DNA from: Raillietiella orientalis
Lineage: Eukaryota
Direction: 5' to 3'
DNA length: 64,000 bases
Assembly: GCA_036172245.1 (NCBI GenBank)
Contig: JAYWIR010000026.1
Coordinates: forward strand, 1,054,001 to 1,118,000
The position numbers and the translations under genes are program-made. The stretch's first letter is position 1. Each line of letters starts with the position of its first letter. The notes under the pieces are model-generated. The model searched no databases. It saw only the letters and a program-made list of their open reading frames with translations, and had not been told where the DNA came from. Below, piece after piece: positions 17,808-29,600 of this stretch.

Positions 17808-20418
17808 CGCCGAAGCCCGGCGGAAGACGTTCCAGGGGAAACTGGTCGCAAAACTCGCGGACTGAGCACTTCATTTCGTCCCAGTCCGCGAGCGTCTTAA
17901 GATGGAATCCTCGCAGGAAGGCGCGCAGATGTTCCGCCGCTCCTGCGAGGCGCAACCAGTCCCCTGGCAGGCGCCACGTTTTCAGGGGAGGGCCCTTGTC
18001 GCGTGTATGTATCTCGAGCACGAGCCGTGGATGGTCGGACAGCTGTGCCGGGAGCGTTCCTCGATTTCCCACCCGCGTGCATAGGTGGTTGTCGAGGAAC
18101 ATGTGGTCGATGTTTTGATCTCTCCCGGCATCAGCGGCCAACAAGTTGCGCGCATTCATGGCTGCGCACAACTCGTTGACCAGTCGTGCTCGACTGCTGG
18201 GCGCACCTTCCAGCAGGCGGAGATTGAAGTCGCCCGCGATGAGGTGCGCTCGCCGTACGCTTGCTTCAGCTAACCAGTCTCGCCGCAGGGATTCGAAGAA
18301 AGCAGTGCGTTCCTCGGCCCTGTGGCTGCTCACCAAGGCGTACAGGTTCGTCACCCCGAAATCGATCGATTCGGACCACTTGAACACAAGCTGTCCAACT
18401 CGACCTTCCTCGTCGAACCTGACGCTGCGCAGTGCGTTGTCGACGGCTGGCTTCAGCATAAAGGCCACTTCGCAGGAACGGTCGTTTCCGTTCCTCCACA
18501 GTAGGCGCCCTCCTGCGATTCTTCCGATTTCCTGGACATCTCCTGCTCTGAGAACGTGCGTCTCTTGCAGGAGCACCAGGTCGAAGTCTCGCAGTATGGC
18601 GGCTACGTCTCGCCTCTTACCGTCGTCGCGCAACCCGTTGACGTTACAACAGGTGATGCGTAAGCGGCGGCAGGAGATGAGCCCACGGTGTATTTATGGT
18701 GGGGTGGAGGCGGCCTCCTCCCTTTCTGGAGGCGGCTCGTTGGTGGCCGTGACGACGGTCGGCTGCTCACACGGGAGCACGTCGTCTACAGCGACTTCCA
18801 TTGGGCTGGCTTCCGTGACACGGACGGGAGAAGGGTCGCGTGGCGCGACGCACATTGCCTCTGCCTCCGCACCCGAGGACATGGGCTCCTCTACTTGGGA
18901 TGAGGCGACACGTCTGAGGCATCCGGCCTTCTTGCCAGCCTTTCTCTTCGGCACAGCTGTGGAAGTAGAGCAACCGGCTTCAGCATCCGACCCGGAATAT
19001 TCCGGGCCCTTCGCCGTCGCGGGTCATCTCAAGGCCTTCTTTTCGGCCTTGGCAGGCTGCCGCAACATGGCTGCCAGCTCTTCCGCGGCCTGCGCGAAGG
19101 TCGCGTCTGTGATACGCGCCGCCTCATCGCTTTCCGCACCGACGATCGGTGCAGGCGCGACGGGGACGGCTTCATAGACCGGCGCGCAGACGTCCTTCGC
19201 TGGCAATGCCGGAGCGGCATTCTCTTCAGCTGATGGTGACGTCACTGCGGGCACGATCGGCTCCGACACGACGGTATCAATCGCGTTCACCGTTACTTTC
19301 TTCACGGCTCTTGCGATCGACACGCGTTCGATTTTCACTGAACAAGCGCGGACTGCCGGCTTCTGCTTCTTCGGAGCCGCCTTGTTAATTCTTTTTACCT
19401 CCTTGACGGAGGCTTGTTCTTCTTCACCACCTTCTGCCAACCTTCCTCGTTCTCGGCCCATTTTTCAGCTGGTTGTTCGCTGGAGGATGGCTGAGCAGCG
19501 GGTTGGTCGGCAGGGCGGGATTCTGCCAGTTGTTGGCTTCGGTCCTTTTCTTTCGGCGTCTCTTCCTTTCTCGCGCCTGACGGAACGGACCTTTTTCGGT
19601 TGGGGCACATCCGTCTCATGTGTCCCTTCTCCCCACAGCTTAAGCACACGATGTTGGGGCATTTCTTTTTTAAATGCCCCTACACCTGGCAAAAGCCGCA
19701 GTGAACGGGTTTCCCCACATACCGCAGGTCAATCTCCTCCTCCCCGAACTGCAGTCTGTGGGGTAGCCCACCCTCGGCACGGACCGTCACGCGCGCAGCG
19801 GCGTACGCACTAAAAGCCTTGGTGTAACCCAGGACATTGGGTTTCGCCCACAACGCGTGGACGGTTCCGTATTGCTCTAAAGATTCGCGAACGGCGGTCT
19901 TTGCCATTCGCATGGTGATGCCGGGGAGTCCGCCGTGAACGGGAAGATTCTTCGACCGTTCACGGTCACCGGCAGGCGGAGCAGCTGCTGAGCCATCCCT
20001 GCAGACTTGCAGTTCAGCTCAACCAGCTGCCCGCCACTTCGCACGGAAAGCCCGAGGACTTCGTCCTCCGGGACTTTCAATTGCTTAAATTCGGCCGCGA
20101 ACGACCGCAATACCGCGGAAGAGAACAGGCCACCTACCTTGTACAGGAGGGCCGGGTTGTATCCGTCGGCCATGTACGCCCGCTGTTCCTCTGCGGGGGG
20201 CGGCGCATGCGCCGCCACCACCGCGCTCCAAGCCCTCGCCGGGGCAGGGGACGAATCCGGGGGGGTGTTGGCACCAACATCCATGGGTTGGGGGGACGAG
20301 GCTCGCTGACCCCCCTCCGCCGTGTTTGCGGTGCCCAGGAACAACCGTTCCACAAAATACCGCAAACACTTGCAAAAAAAAGGTTTTCGGCAGCACCGAA
20401 AAACACGTCCTCTCACTG
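17808..20418 (-). mobile_element. Family C LINE copy C1, 5' half (ORF1 disrupted, EN, start of linker)
   Basis: 5' motif at 20399-20410. ORF1 fragments with CGFCQV and CLSCGEKGHMRRMC. EN LQETH, NLYA, GDFN, IDH, LSDH, up to ERLPPGFG. Confidence 0.9.
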
Positions 20419-20419
20419 C

Positions 20420-20986
20420 AGGTCCGGAATGAGCACTCGCCGTTCCTCGGCGAATGTGTCACGCCTCCGGGCTTCAGCCCTGCGGGCGCTCGCTCAGGCG
20501 CGAGTAACTCGTCGTTCAGCAGCGTTATCGGACTCCTTTACGGAGTCTGATGCTCGCGCGATCGACGTGCGCTTGCATCCGTCCCATCGCAACGGAATCG
20601 TCTTCTCGGCGCTCACAGAGGCGGACTTGCAATCGTTGACGGCGCTGGCTTTTTCCTGGGCAGAAGAACCCTCCGCGCGTGTTTTCTTGTTCACGCGGCT
20701 GTTCTTTGCCTTCAAAGAGCTCGCGGATGGAGGTTGCGAAGGCTTCGATGGAGATTTTTCTTTTCTCCTCTCCACAATCTCCCATTCTCCGTCACAATTT
20801 TCGGACGCTTTCGCGACTTTCGTCTCGGAAACCTCCGGAGCTTTCGCTGCCGCCTCTAGGGGCGTCGCTTTCGCCACGCCTTTAGAAGGAGGCAGCGGAG
20901 TCACCTTCTTGACAGTCGGGAGATCGCTCCTCTCCTGCAGAGTCGGCGAACTTCTGCGCAGCTCAAAGTATTGTGCACTTGACAAA
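20420..20986 (-). mobile_element. Internal ORF1-tail fragment of another LINE lineage (H)
   Basis: K/S/A-rich reading frame containing GEWEIVERRK, matching the GW(Q/E)xV motif of the other ORF1s. Confidence 0.55.
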
Positions 20987-21115
20987 TTAATCAGTTCATT
21001 GTGCTCGTGTGTGCCCGGAGAGGGGAAGTTTTCCAAACGAAACTAGAAAAGAAGCGCCGAGGAGATCGCGAAGGAAGACCTGCAGTGGTCCCGTGCAGCA
21101 AGACCAGCTGCCAGG

Positions 21116-22903
21116 ATGCAGGCACCTAGGAGAGGAGTGGAGAGACCGTCGTCCCCCATGGAAGCCATGGAGGTAACGTGCGGCAACGGCGAGGCGGTGG
21201 CAGGCATGCCGAGGATCGCGCCCGCGGCGGGCTTTGCTGCGCCGGCGGCAGCGATGCGAAGGGTCGTGCCCGCGGCGACGACGGCGGAGGTCGTGCCCGC
21301 GGCGGCGACGCCGAGGATCGTGCCCGCGGCGGGGAAGGTCGCGCCTGCGGCGGCGATGCCGAGGGTGCCGCCCGCGGCGGTAACGGCGGCAACGTCGAGG
21401 TTTGCGCCCGCGGCGGTGGCGTCCCAGGCGGGACCCGCGGGCGTCCACGCGGTGCAGGGAGCGACGCCATCTTGTTCGGCTGCGAAGTCGCAGCCCTTTT
21501 CTTATGCATCGGTGGCGGCTGGACAGGCGAGTGTCCACCCACCTAGGAAATTCGGTAAGCCGCTTAGCGGAAAAGTACTAAAAGTGGACCGACCAATAGT
21601 CGAAATAGGCCCCAACGTGAAGCCCATTATCTTCAAGACGGGGCTAATAAAATTTAATAACATCAGGGAGGTCTATTTGTCCCTCGACAAGACGGACATA
21701 GACTTTGATCGCATTCAGGCGATCATTCCATCAAACAACGGGTTCACAGTCTTTACAGACTGTGAAAACATTAGAGAGCGATTGATCCAGAAGGGGATCA
21801 ATATACAACGACGGATGGTTTGTGGTATTGGCGAGATGCCATACACAACCGTCTTTTTAAACGGCATCTCCATCCTCACACCGCAACTAGCGGTGTGGAA
21901 TTACTTGGAGCAGTTTGGGGAAGTTCTGGACCTTGATTTCCAGAACTTCTCTGAAAACATATTTTCTGGCGACATGATCGCCAAGATGAAGTTGAGGGAG
22001 GGAGTGGTGATCCCTGGATTGGCCGTTATTGACGAACAATCCCAGGGAGTGAATGTGCGTTACCGGCAACAACCGGTATTCTGCACCGGGTGCAAGCAGT
22101 TCGGTCACAGGGCCGGCTCTTGCCCAACGTGTCGTTGTTTCCCCTGCGGCAAAGTAGGACATCAAGTCCGAAACTGCCCGCATCCGGAGGTGTGCTCCTT
22201 CTGCAAGAAACACGGACATGCGAAATGGAGCTGTCCGGAGTTTGAAAACTGCAGAAGGATTCGAGGTCTCTCTCCCGTGAGAGAGAGAAACATCAAGGAG
22301 GCCGAACAGCCTCAGAAGGCAGGAAGGCAGAAAAAAGTGAAAGAAGCTGTCCCGGTGTCGGCGGACGGCTTCATAGAAGTGGGAAAGAAGGGAAAGAGGA
22401 GGATGCTCGTCAAGGAGCAAGGAACTCCTCAAATCCTGGAAGCAGCAGAGCAGGAAGGCGAGAAGATTGAGGTAGCGCAGGAAGGCGCGAAGGAAGAGAG
22501 ACAGGAAGCCACTAAAGTGTCGCAGGAGGCTCTGCAGACTACGGAGGAGTTGGCAACACTGGCGGAGGAGATCATGGAGGTGCAGAGCGGTCCTCAGCAA
22601 GAGAAAATCTTGCAGAAGATCTGCACTGCACAAGAGAACATCAACCAGGTGGTGGAGGTCGCAGAACCCGAGAAGTTAGAGGAACAGCTTCTCGACGTGA
22701 AGGCGAACTTCTGCGCCAAGGTCGAGATAGAGGCGCTATCTCGAAAATTGATCGAGCGCGCCGAACACTCGACGGAGGAGGCGGAAGTAACCGACCTCTC
22801 CGGAACAGAGAGTGACGTCGGCAGCGAGAAGCCCGCTGCTTCTTCATTGTCTGGAAGAGCACGCTCTCTCAGACAGAAGAAGCTCAGGAAGGCCAAGAAA
22901 TAG
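21116..22903 (+). CDS. ORF1 of D1: Ala/Pro repeat N-terminus, RRM-like region, 3 CCHC knuckles, acidic coiled-coil tail
   Basis: 595 aa intact ORF. CTGCKQFGHRAGSC, CFPCGKVGHQVRNC, CSFCKKHGHAKWSC. Confidence 0.9.
   Translation: MQAPRRGVERPSSPMEAMEVTCGNGEAVAGMPRIAPAAGFAAPAAAMRRVVPAATTAEVVPAAATPRIVPAAGKVAPAAAMPRVPPAAVTAATSRFAPAAVASQAGPAGVHAVQGATPSCSAAKSQPFSYASVAAGQASVHPPRKFGKPLSGKVLKVDRPIVEIGPNVKPIIFKTGLIKFNNIREVYLSLDKTDIDFDRIQAIIPSNNGFTVFTDCENIRERLIQKGINIQRRMVCGIGEMPYTTVFLNGISILTPQLAVWNYLEQFGEVLDLDFQNFSENIFSGDMIAKMKLREGVVIPGLAVIDEQSQGVNVRYRQQPVFCTGCKQFGHRAGSCPTCRCFPCGKVGHQVRNCPHPEVCSFCKKHGHAKWSCPEFENCRRIRGLSPVRERNIKEAEQPQKAGRQKKVKEAVPVSADGFIEVGKKGKRRMLVKEQGTPQILEAAEQEGEKIEVAQEGAKEERQEATKVSQEALQTTEELATLAEEIMEVQSGPQQEKILQKICTAQENINQVVEVAEPEKLEEQLLDVKANFCAKVEIEALSRKLIERAEHSTEEAEVTDLSGTESDVGSEKPAASSLSGRARSLRQKKLRKAKK
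21200..21450 (+). repeat. Degenerate CCCGCGGCG-core coding repeat (about 21-27 bp units)
   Basis: Encodes VVPAATT/IVPAAG/VPPAA units. Also present at about 26880-27120. Confidence 0.7.
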
Positions 22904-22916
22904 GTCTTCCCCTTTT

Positions 22917-25900
22917 ATGGCCTCTTCCCTATCGATCGCCAGGAGGCTGAACATCGCCTCCTGGAATGTAAACGGTATGGTCGACCAGGGAAAAAGAAGA
23001 AGGATTGTGCGGACCATCGCACAACAAGACATAGTGTGCCTGCAGGAGACCCACAAGATGGGTCTCGAGATTAGCCAGCAAATGAAACGGCGATTCAACG
23101 GGCAGATTTTCGTCAGCGAGGGAGAACGGAACACGCAGGGAGTGGCGGTCCTAATCAAGAACAACTTGGCCCCCACTATTCTGGAAGTGTTCTGTCCCCA
23201 ACCCGGACGAATCATCGGCGTGCGACTCGCCTGGTCCGCTACTATTCACCTCATCCTGGTGAACGTGTACGGACCGCACAGGCTAAAACATCGTTGTGCG
23301 GAGGCGCTGCATGCAGCACTCCGTGAAAAGGTTGCTTCCAAAGACGTCGTCATTGTTGCTGGCGATCTCAACATATTGGATGAGATCACTCACTCCGAAG
23401 ACGCCAGAGGAAGGACGGCGTATCGGCGGTTATCCGACCAGTTCGGACTGGTGTGGCGAACTGCAAGTCACAAGCCGATCGATCACGTCCTGCACAGCAC
23501 CGAACTTGGGAATCGCATCCAGGGTTTTCGAGACATTATGACCACGGTGTCCGATCACCCCCTGGAGCGGTTTTCCCTAAGAACGGAGAATCCTCGGCGG
23601 AGGCAAGGCACCAGGGCGGCGCTCATCAGCATGCCCGCCTGGTTCGAAACCCATCCCGGACATCAGGCTGTCCTGGAGACGATTCTGAAGGCAACAACAA
23701 TCCGAAGAGTCGCCGACTGGGACAGCCTGAAACACAGGATACACCTGTTTGCGAACATGCAGTTCGGGGATAGGCGCTTGAGGCAAGAGGCGTACCGGGA
23801 GCTGAACATCCAAGATCGCTTCCTCTCAAAGTACTTCGATCAGTACGAGAGACGGTACGTCCTCAATAACATAAACGGGGAAGTCGGCGTGCTGGAGTAG
23901 AGAAATCTGGCAACAGATATCTTCTGCATCCAGTACGACGGCCAAAAGCGACAGTCGTCTGAGGACATCGTGGATGCCTTTCACAGGCATTACACGAAAC
24001 ACTTCAGGCGACAACAGCTGTGTCGCTCTAGTCAACAGGCCTTCTTGAGCTATCTCGAGAAGAGGACCGACGACCTCCAGCGGAACAGACTGGAGGAGGA
24101 GTTCTCCGAAGAAGAGGTGAAGACTGCGTTTGGGCAACTTCGCAAGGACGTGGCAGCGGGCCCTGACAGTGTACCCATCACGCACTATCAGCGGAACCTG
24201 CACGCCTACCTGCGCTTGTTCCACCAGTTGACCCTCTGCATCCGGGAAGAAGGCAGACTACCTCAGTCCTTCTACGAGAGTCGGATGAGATTGCTGCCGA
24301 AAGGAGGCGACTCTACCCAGATCGCCCAATAGAGGCCAATCTCGATTCTAAACTCCGATGCCAAGTGGTTGGCGAAGATCTGGTCCAACCGCTTAGGCAA
24401 GGTCATGTCGAGGCTGATCTCTCCAGTCCAGACATGTGCAGTCCCAGGACGACACATGTCGGACAATGTCAAGTGTGCCCAGGCCACTGTTGGACTCAGT
24501 CGATACGTCGGGGAGAACCTGGTGCTGGTGTTCACTGACATGGAGAAGGCCTTCGACTCCATGGACAATGGGATGCTGCTGAAGGTTCTGGAGAAGCTAG
24601 GGCTTCCGGAACACTTCAGCAACTTCGTGAGGGCGGTACTCCAGAACCAGTACTGCCGGATCAAGATCAACGGCCAGGAGACGGCAGCAATCAGGATGGA
24701 ACGAGGAGTCCGACAGGGCGACTCGCTAAGTCCGATGCTGTTCGTCAGCTATATGGAGGCGTTGTCGTCCTTTATCGAGAAGAGCGGACGACTAAGCGGG
24801 ATTACCATCGATAGCCAGCGTCTTACCCATCTGGCATACGCCGATGATCTACTCTTCTTCATCAAGGGAGAGAAAAATCAGCGTGCGTTTCTGGATGTGG
24901 TGGACCAGATGGAACAGGGCTTGGGCTTAAAAATCAATTCCCAGAAGAGCCAGCTTTTGCCCGTCGGAATCCTGGATCTCTCCACTCTAACGGGTAGTGG
25001 ATTCCGTACGGTGGACACGGCCAAGTACCTGGGAGTCTACATCGGCGACGGCTCTGCGTCGAAGCTGCTGTGGAAAGAAATCCTGGGGAAAACGGCCAAG
25101 GAAGCAGCCAAGTACACCCGAACGGACCTTGGGATGAAGCGAAAGGCCAACATATGGAACGGAGTACTCCTTCCGAAAGTGCTCTTCGGGGCGGCCTTCG
25201 CGAGGATGAACAAGGACACTACTAGGGAGTTCGACAAGCTGCAAAGAAAAATACTCTGGAACCACTATCGCCCAAGAGTAAGACTGAAACCCCTGTGTCG
25301 TCCCAGGGAAGAAGGCGGTTCCGGGATGAAGTCGCTTGCACATTCCATGGAAATCATGGATACGCGACACATCCTGGACATTGCCACTTACTGGGATGAC
25401 TGGCCGTATGCGGCGCACAGGGCCTACGCGTTGTTGCTTAACAACTCGAAAGGCCTGATGACTGCGCTGCTAGGCATAGCAGGCAAATGAAACAAAATCG
25501 ACCCCACCTGGACGAGGAAGCAACGGCTGGTGCGGAAGCACCAAATCAAGATCGTGCCGCGAAGCAGGGAACTCTGGCAGGACGAGTCCATCCTGGTGAT
25601 CCCTTGGTTGCTTCCTGTCCCGCCGGACATGAGAAGCTGGATCAACCAGCGGTCCAGAGTTACCCTACTGCAAATCCAGGAGTGGAGGCGAGGAGGCTAC
25701 CTACATCAAACACGTATACTTCGGTATACAGAGATGATGTTAGGAAGGTTTACCCACAGGACCCGCGAAGTGTGGTTCAACCACAACGACTTCGCATGGT
25801 CGAGGGTAACCAGAACAAACCTCCAAAGGCTTATCCAAGAAAACGACCGTGACACCAGTGCCCTCCAGGAAGCCACCGAACGCTACGGGAGTGAACGGTT

Positions 25901-26435
25901 CAACCTGTTAGCGATCGGCACGACGCTCTGGAGGAGTGACCTTCCGCCGGGCACCCAGGATGACCTCCTGATGTTTTATCACATAGGAATCCAGAGTGGG
26001 TCCCGATTGCAGCACTTTACAGGAAGACGGGAAGACCGAGACTGCGCAGCATGTGGAGACGACGACACGAGACTTCACGTCTTGACGTGTCCCACACTCC
26101 TGCATGACTGGCTGATCCTGAAAAGGATCATAGGACTTACCAACAAGTCCGTTATGGAGATCCTCGCCGGGATGTTTCATGGGGATGGTAATGTTCCCTG
26201 TTACAATCCCATGGTGAGGACGACCATAGCCCTCTTCATCACCGCCATACTTGTGCGGTGGTGGAAAATGAGGAAAGCCAGAAGAGCCGCACCACCGATG
26301 GAGATCCTACAAGGGCTCTTGAAGAGGGAAATCGGCATCAGGAACTGCGGGAAGATCCACGCCTGGACGTACCGATTCATCCTGAAGAGGATCCAGGACG
26401 ACGCCCGGGACCATCCAGCTGGAATTCCCCCCTGA
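22917..26435 (+). pseudogene. ORF2 of D1 (EN + RT + C-terminal finger), single frame with three nonsense codons
   Basis: WNVNG, LQETH, GDLN, SDH, DMEKAFD, GVRQGDSLSP, YADD, CAACGDDDTRLHVLTC. Stops at 23898, 24330 and 25488. Confidence 0.92.
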
Positions 26436-26626
26436 AAAGCAGAACTCTAGTGCAACCCAAGGACCCCCAAGTGCAAAATAATTGTATTGAGTGAATGAGA
26501 GTGCGAATGTAAATTTTGTATTTTTATAGAAAAATAAACTTACCCCACCCCTTGTGGGACTTGGGGAAACCTTGCCGAGTCGGTGACCTGGCTTCGAGGT
26601 TCATTGTCTTGCGCGCACGACGAGGG

Positions 26627-29600
26627 TTAATCAGTTGATTGTGATCGTATGTGCCCGGAGAGGGAAATTATCCTGAAGAAAGTGAGTGTGGTCTAGAGTG
26701 TGCTTCATAGGATCTGCTCATACAGCTACAAATAAAGCGCCAAGGAGATCACGGTGGAAGACCTGTAGTCGTCGCTAGCCGCAAGACCAGCTGCCAGGAT
26801 GCAGGCACCTGGAGGAGGAGTGGAGAGGCCGTCGTCCCCCATGCAGATGGAGGTAACGTGCGGCAACGGCCAGGCGGCGGCAGGCATGCCGAGGATCGCG
26901 CCAGCGGCGGGCTTTGCTGCGCCGGCGGCGGCGAAGCCAAGGGTCATACCCGCGGCGACGACGGTGGAGGTCGTGCCCGCGAAGGCGACGCCGAAGATAG
27001 TGCCCGAGGCGGGGAAGGTCGCTCCTGCGGCGGCGATGCCGAGGGTGCCGCCGGCGGCGGCAACAGCGGCAACGTCGAAGGCTGAGCCCGCGGTCTCGGC
27101 GTCTCAGGCGGGATCAGCCGGCGTCCACGCGGTACAGGGCGTGACGCCATCTTGTTCGGCAGCGGCGGCGAAGCCCATTTCGTATGCGTTGGTGGCGGCA
27201 GGACAAGCGAGTGTCCACCCGCTAAGGAAATTTTGAAAGCCCTTATGTGAAAAAGTGCAGAAGGTTGATCGGCCGATCGTCGAGCTTGGGACAAATGTAA
27301 AGTCTATTATTTTCAAGACTGGGTTAATAAAATTCAACAACATCAGGGAGGTTTAGCTATCCCTGGATAAAACAGACATCAATTTCGATCGCATACAGGC
27401 GATTATTCCCAGTAACAACGGTTTCACAGTATTTACAGACCGTGAAAACATTAGAGAGTGATTGATCCAGAAGGGGATCAACATTCAAGGAAGGATAGTT
27501 TGTGGTATTGGCGAGATGCCATACACAAAGGAGATGGGATGGTTATCTTGGGATGCCGCTTAAGAAGATGGTTATCTTCTTAAGCGGCATTACCATCCTT
27601 ACACCGCAGCTAACGGTGTGGAACTTTTTGGAGCAGTTTTGGGAGGTTCTGGACCATGAATTCCAGAACTTCTCTGGTAATATATTTTCTGGCGACATGA
27701 TCGCCAAGATGAAGATGAAGGAGGGAGCTGTTATACCTGGGTTGGCGTTCATTGACGAACAATCCCAGGGAGTGAACGTGCGTTACCAGCAAGAACCGGT
27801 ATTCTGCACCGGGTACTAGCAGTTCGGCCACAAAGCGGACTCTTGCCCAGAATGCCGTTGCTTCCGCTGCGGCAGAGTAGGATATCAAGTCCGAAACTGT
27901 CCGCAACCGGAGGTGTGCTCCTTCTTCAAGAAGCACAAACATGCTAAATGGAGCTCTCCGGAATCCGCCAATTGAATTAAGATTTGAGGACTCTCCCCCG
28001 TGAGAGAGGGAAACATTAAGAAGGCCGAACTGCCTCAGAAGTTGGCAGGAAGGCCGCAGAAGGTGGAGGAAGTTGTACAGGTATCGACAGACGGCTTCAT
28101 TGAGGTAGGAAAGAAAGGACAGAGGGGGATGCTCGTCATGGAGCAACAAACCCCTCTTATCCTAGAAGGAGCAGCGCAGGAAGGCGAAAAGACGGAGGTA
28201 GCACAAAAAGGCATGAAAGACGGAAACCAGGAAGCGACTCCAGTGTCGCAGGAGACCCTGCAGTCCACGGTGAAGTTGGCAACACTAGCGGAGGAAGTTA
28301 TGGAGGTGCATAGCGGGACTCAGCAAGAGAAAATCTTGCAGAAGATCTGCGATGCACAGGAAAAGGTGAACCAGGTTGTGGAGGTCACCGAGCGCAAGAC
28401 GCTAGAAGAAAAGCTTCTCGACGTAAAGGCGAACTTCTGCGCCAAGGTCGAGATAAAAGCGCTATCTTGCAAATTGATCGCGCGCGCCGGACTCTCTACG
28501 GAGGAGGCGGAAGTAACCGACCTCTCCGGAACAGAGAGTGACGCCGGCAGCGAGAAGCCTGCTGCTTCTTCATCGTTTGGAAGAGCACGCTCTCTCAGAC
28601 GGAACAAGGTCATGAAGGCCTAGAAATAGGTCTTCCCCTTTTATGGCCTCTTCCATATCGACCGCCAGGAGGCTGAACATCGCCTCCTGGAATGTAAACA
28701 ATGTGTTCCACCAGGAAAAAAGAAAAAGGATTGTGCGGACCATCGCATCACAAGACATAGTGTGCCTGCAGAAGACCCACAAGATGGGTCTAGAGATTAG
28801 TCAGCAAATCGAACGGCGATTCAACGGGCAGATGTTCCTCAGCGAGGGAGAACGGAGCACGCAGGGTGTGGCGGTCCTAATGAAGAACCACCTGGCCCCC
28901 ACTATTCTGGAAGTGTTCTGTCTCAACCCGGACGAATCATCATCATGCGGCTGGCCTGGTCCGCTACTGTTCACCTCATCCTGGTGAACGAGTACGGGCT
29001 GCACAGGATGAAACATCGTTGTGCAGAGGCGCTGCATGCAGCACTCCGTGAAAAGGTCGCCCCCAAGGACGTCGTGATTGCTGCTGGCGATCTCAACATA
29101 TTGAATGAGATCACTCATTCCCAAGACGCAGAGGAAGGACGGCGTATCGGCGGTTATCCGACCAGTTCGGACTGGTGTGGCGAACTGCAAGTCACAAGCC
29201 GATCGATTACGTCCTCCGCAGCACCGAACTAGGGAATCGCATTCAGGGTTTTCGGGACACATTGACCACTCTCTCCGATCACCCGTTGGTGCGGTTTTCC
29301 CTAAGAACGGAGAATCCTCGGCGGAGGCAAGGCACCAGGACGGCGCTCATCAGCATGCCCGCCTGGTTCGAGACACATCCTGGACATCAGGAGGTCCTGG
29401 AGACGATTCTGAAGACCACAATATCAGAAGAGTGGCCAACTGGGACAGCTTGAAACACAGGATACACCTGTTTGCAAATATGCAATTTAGGGATAGGCGC
29501 TTGAGGCAGGAGGCGAACCAGGAGCTGAACATCCAAGATCTTTCACTCTCAAAGTACTTCGATCAGTACGAGAGTCGGTACGTCTTCAACAACATAAAAG

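Larger units (their letters stand above)
20987..26570 (+). mobile_element. Family D LINE copy D1, full length
   Basis: Similarity to D2 starts at TTAATCAGTT and ends after AATAAA..GGGGAAA. Two-ORF structure. Confidence 0.93.

Noticed and set aside
22917..26435. Alternative genetic code, or RIP-like hypermutation, suggested by in-frame TAG/TGA stops
   Set aside because: Stops are copy-specific and replace different amino acids (W, Q, K, E, Y), and frameshifts co-occur in other copies. Looking only at stops biases towards transitions; a full substitution spectrum would be needed.
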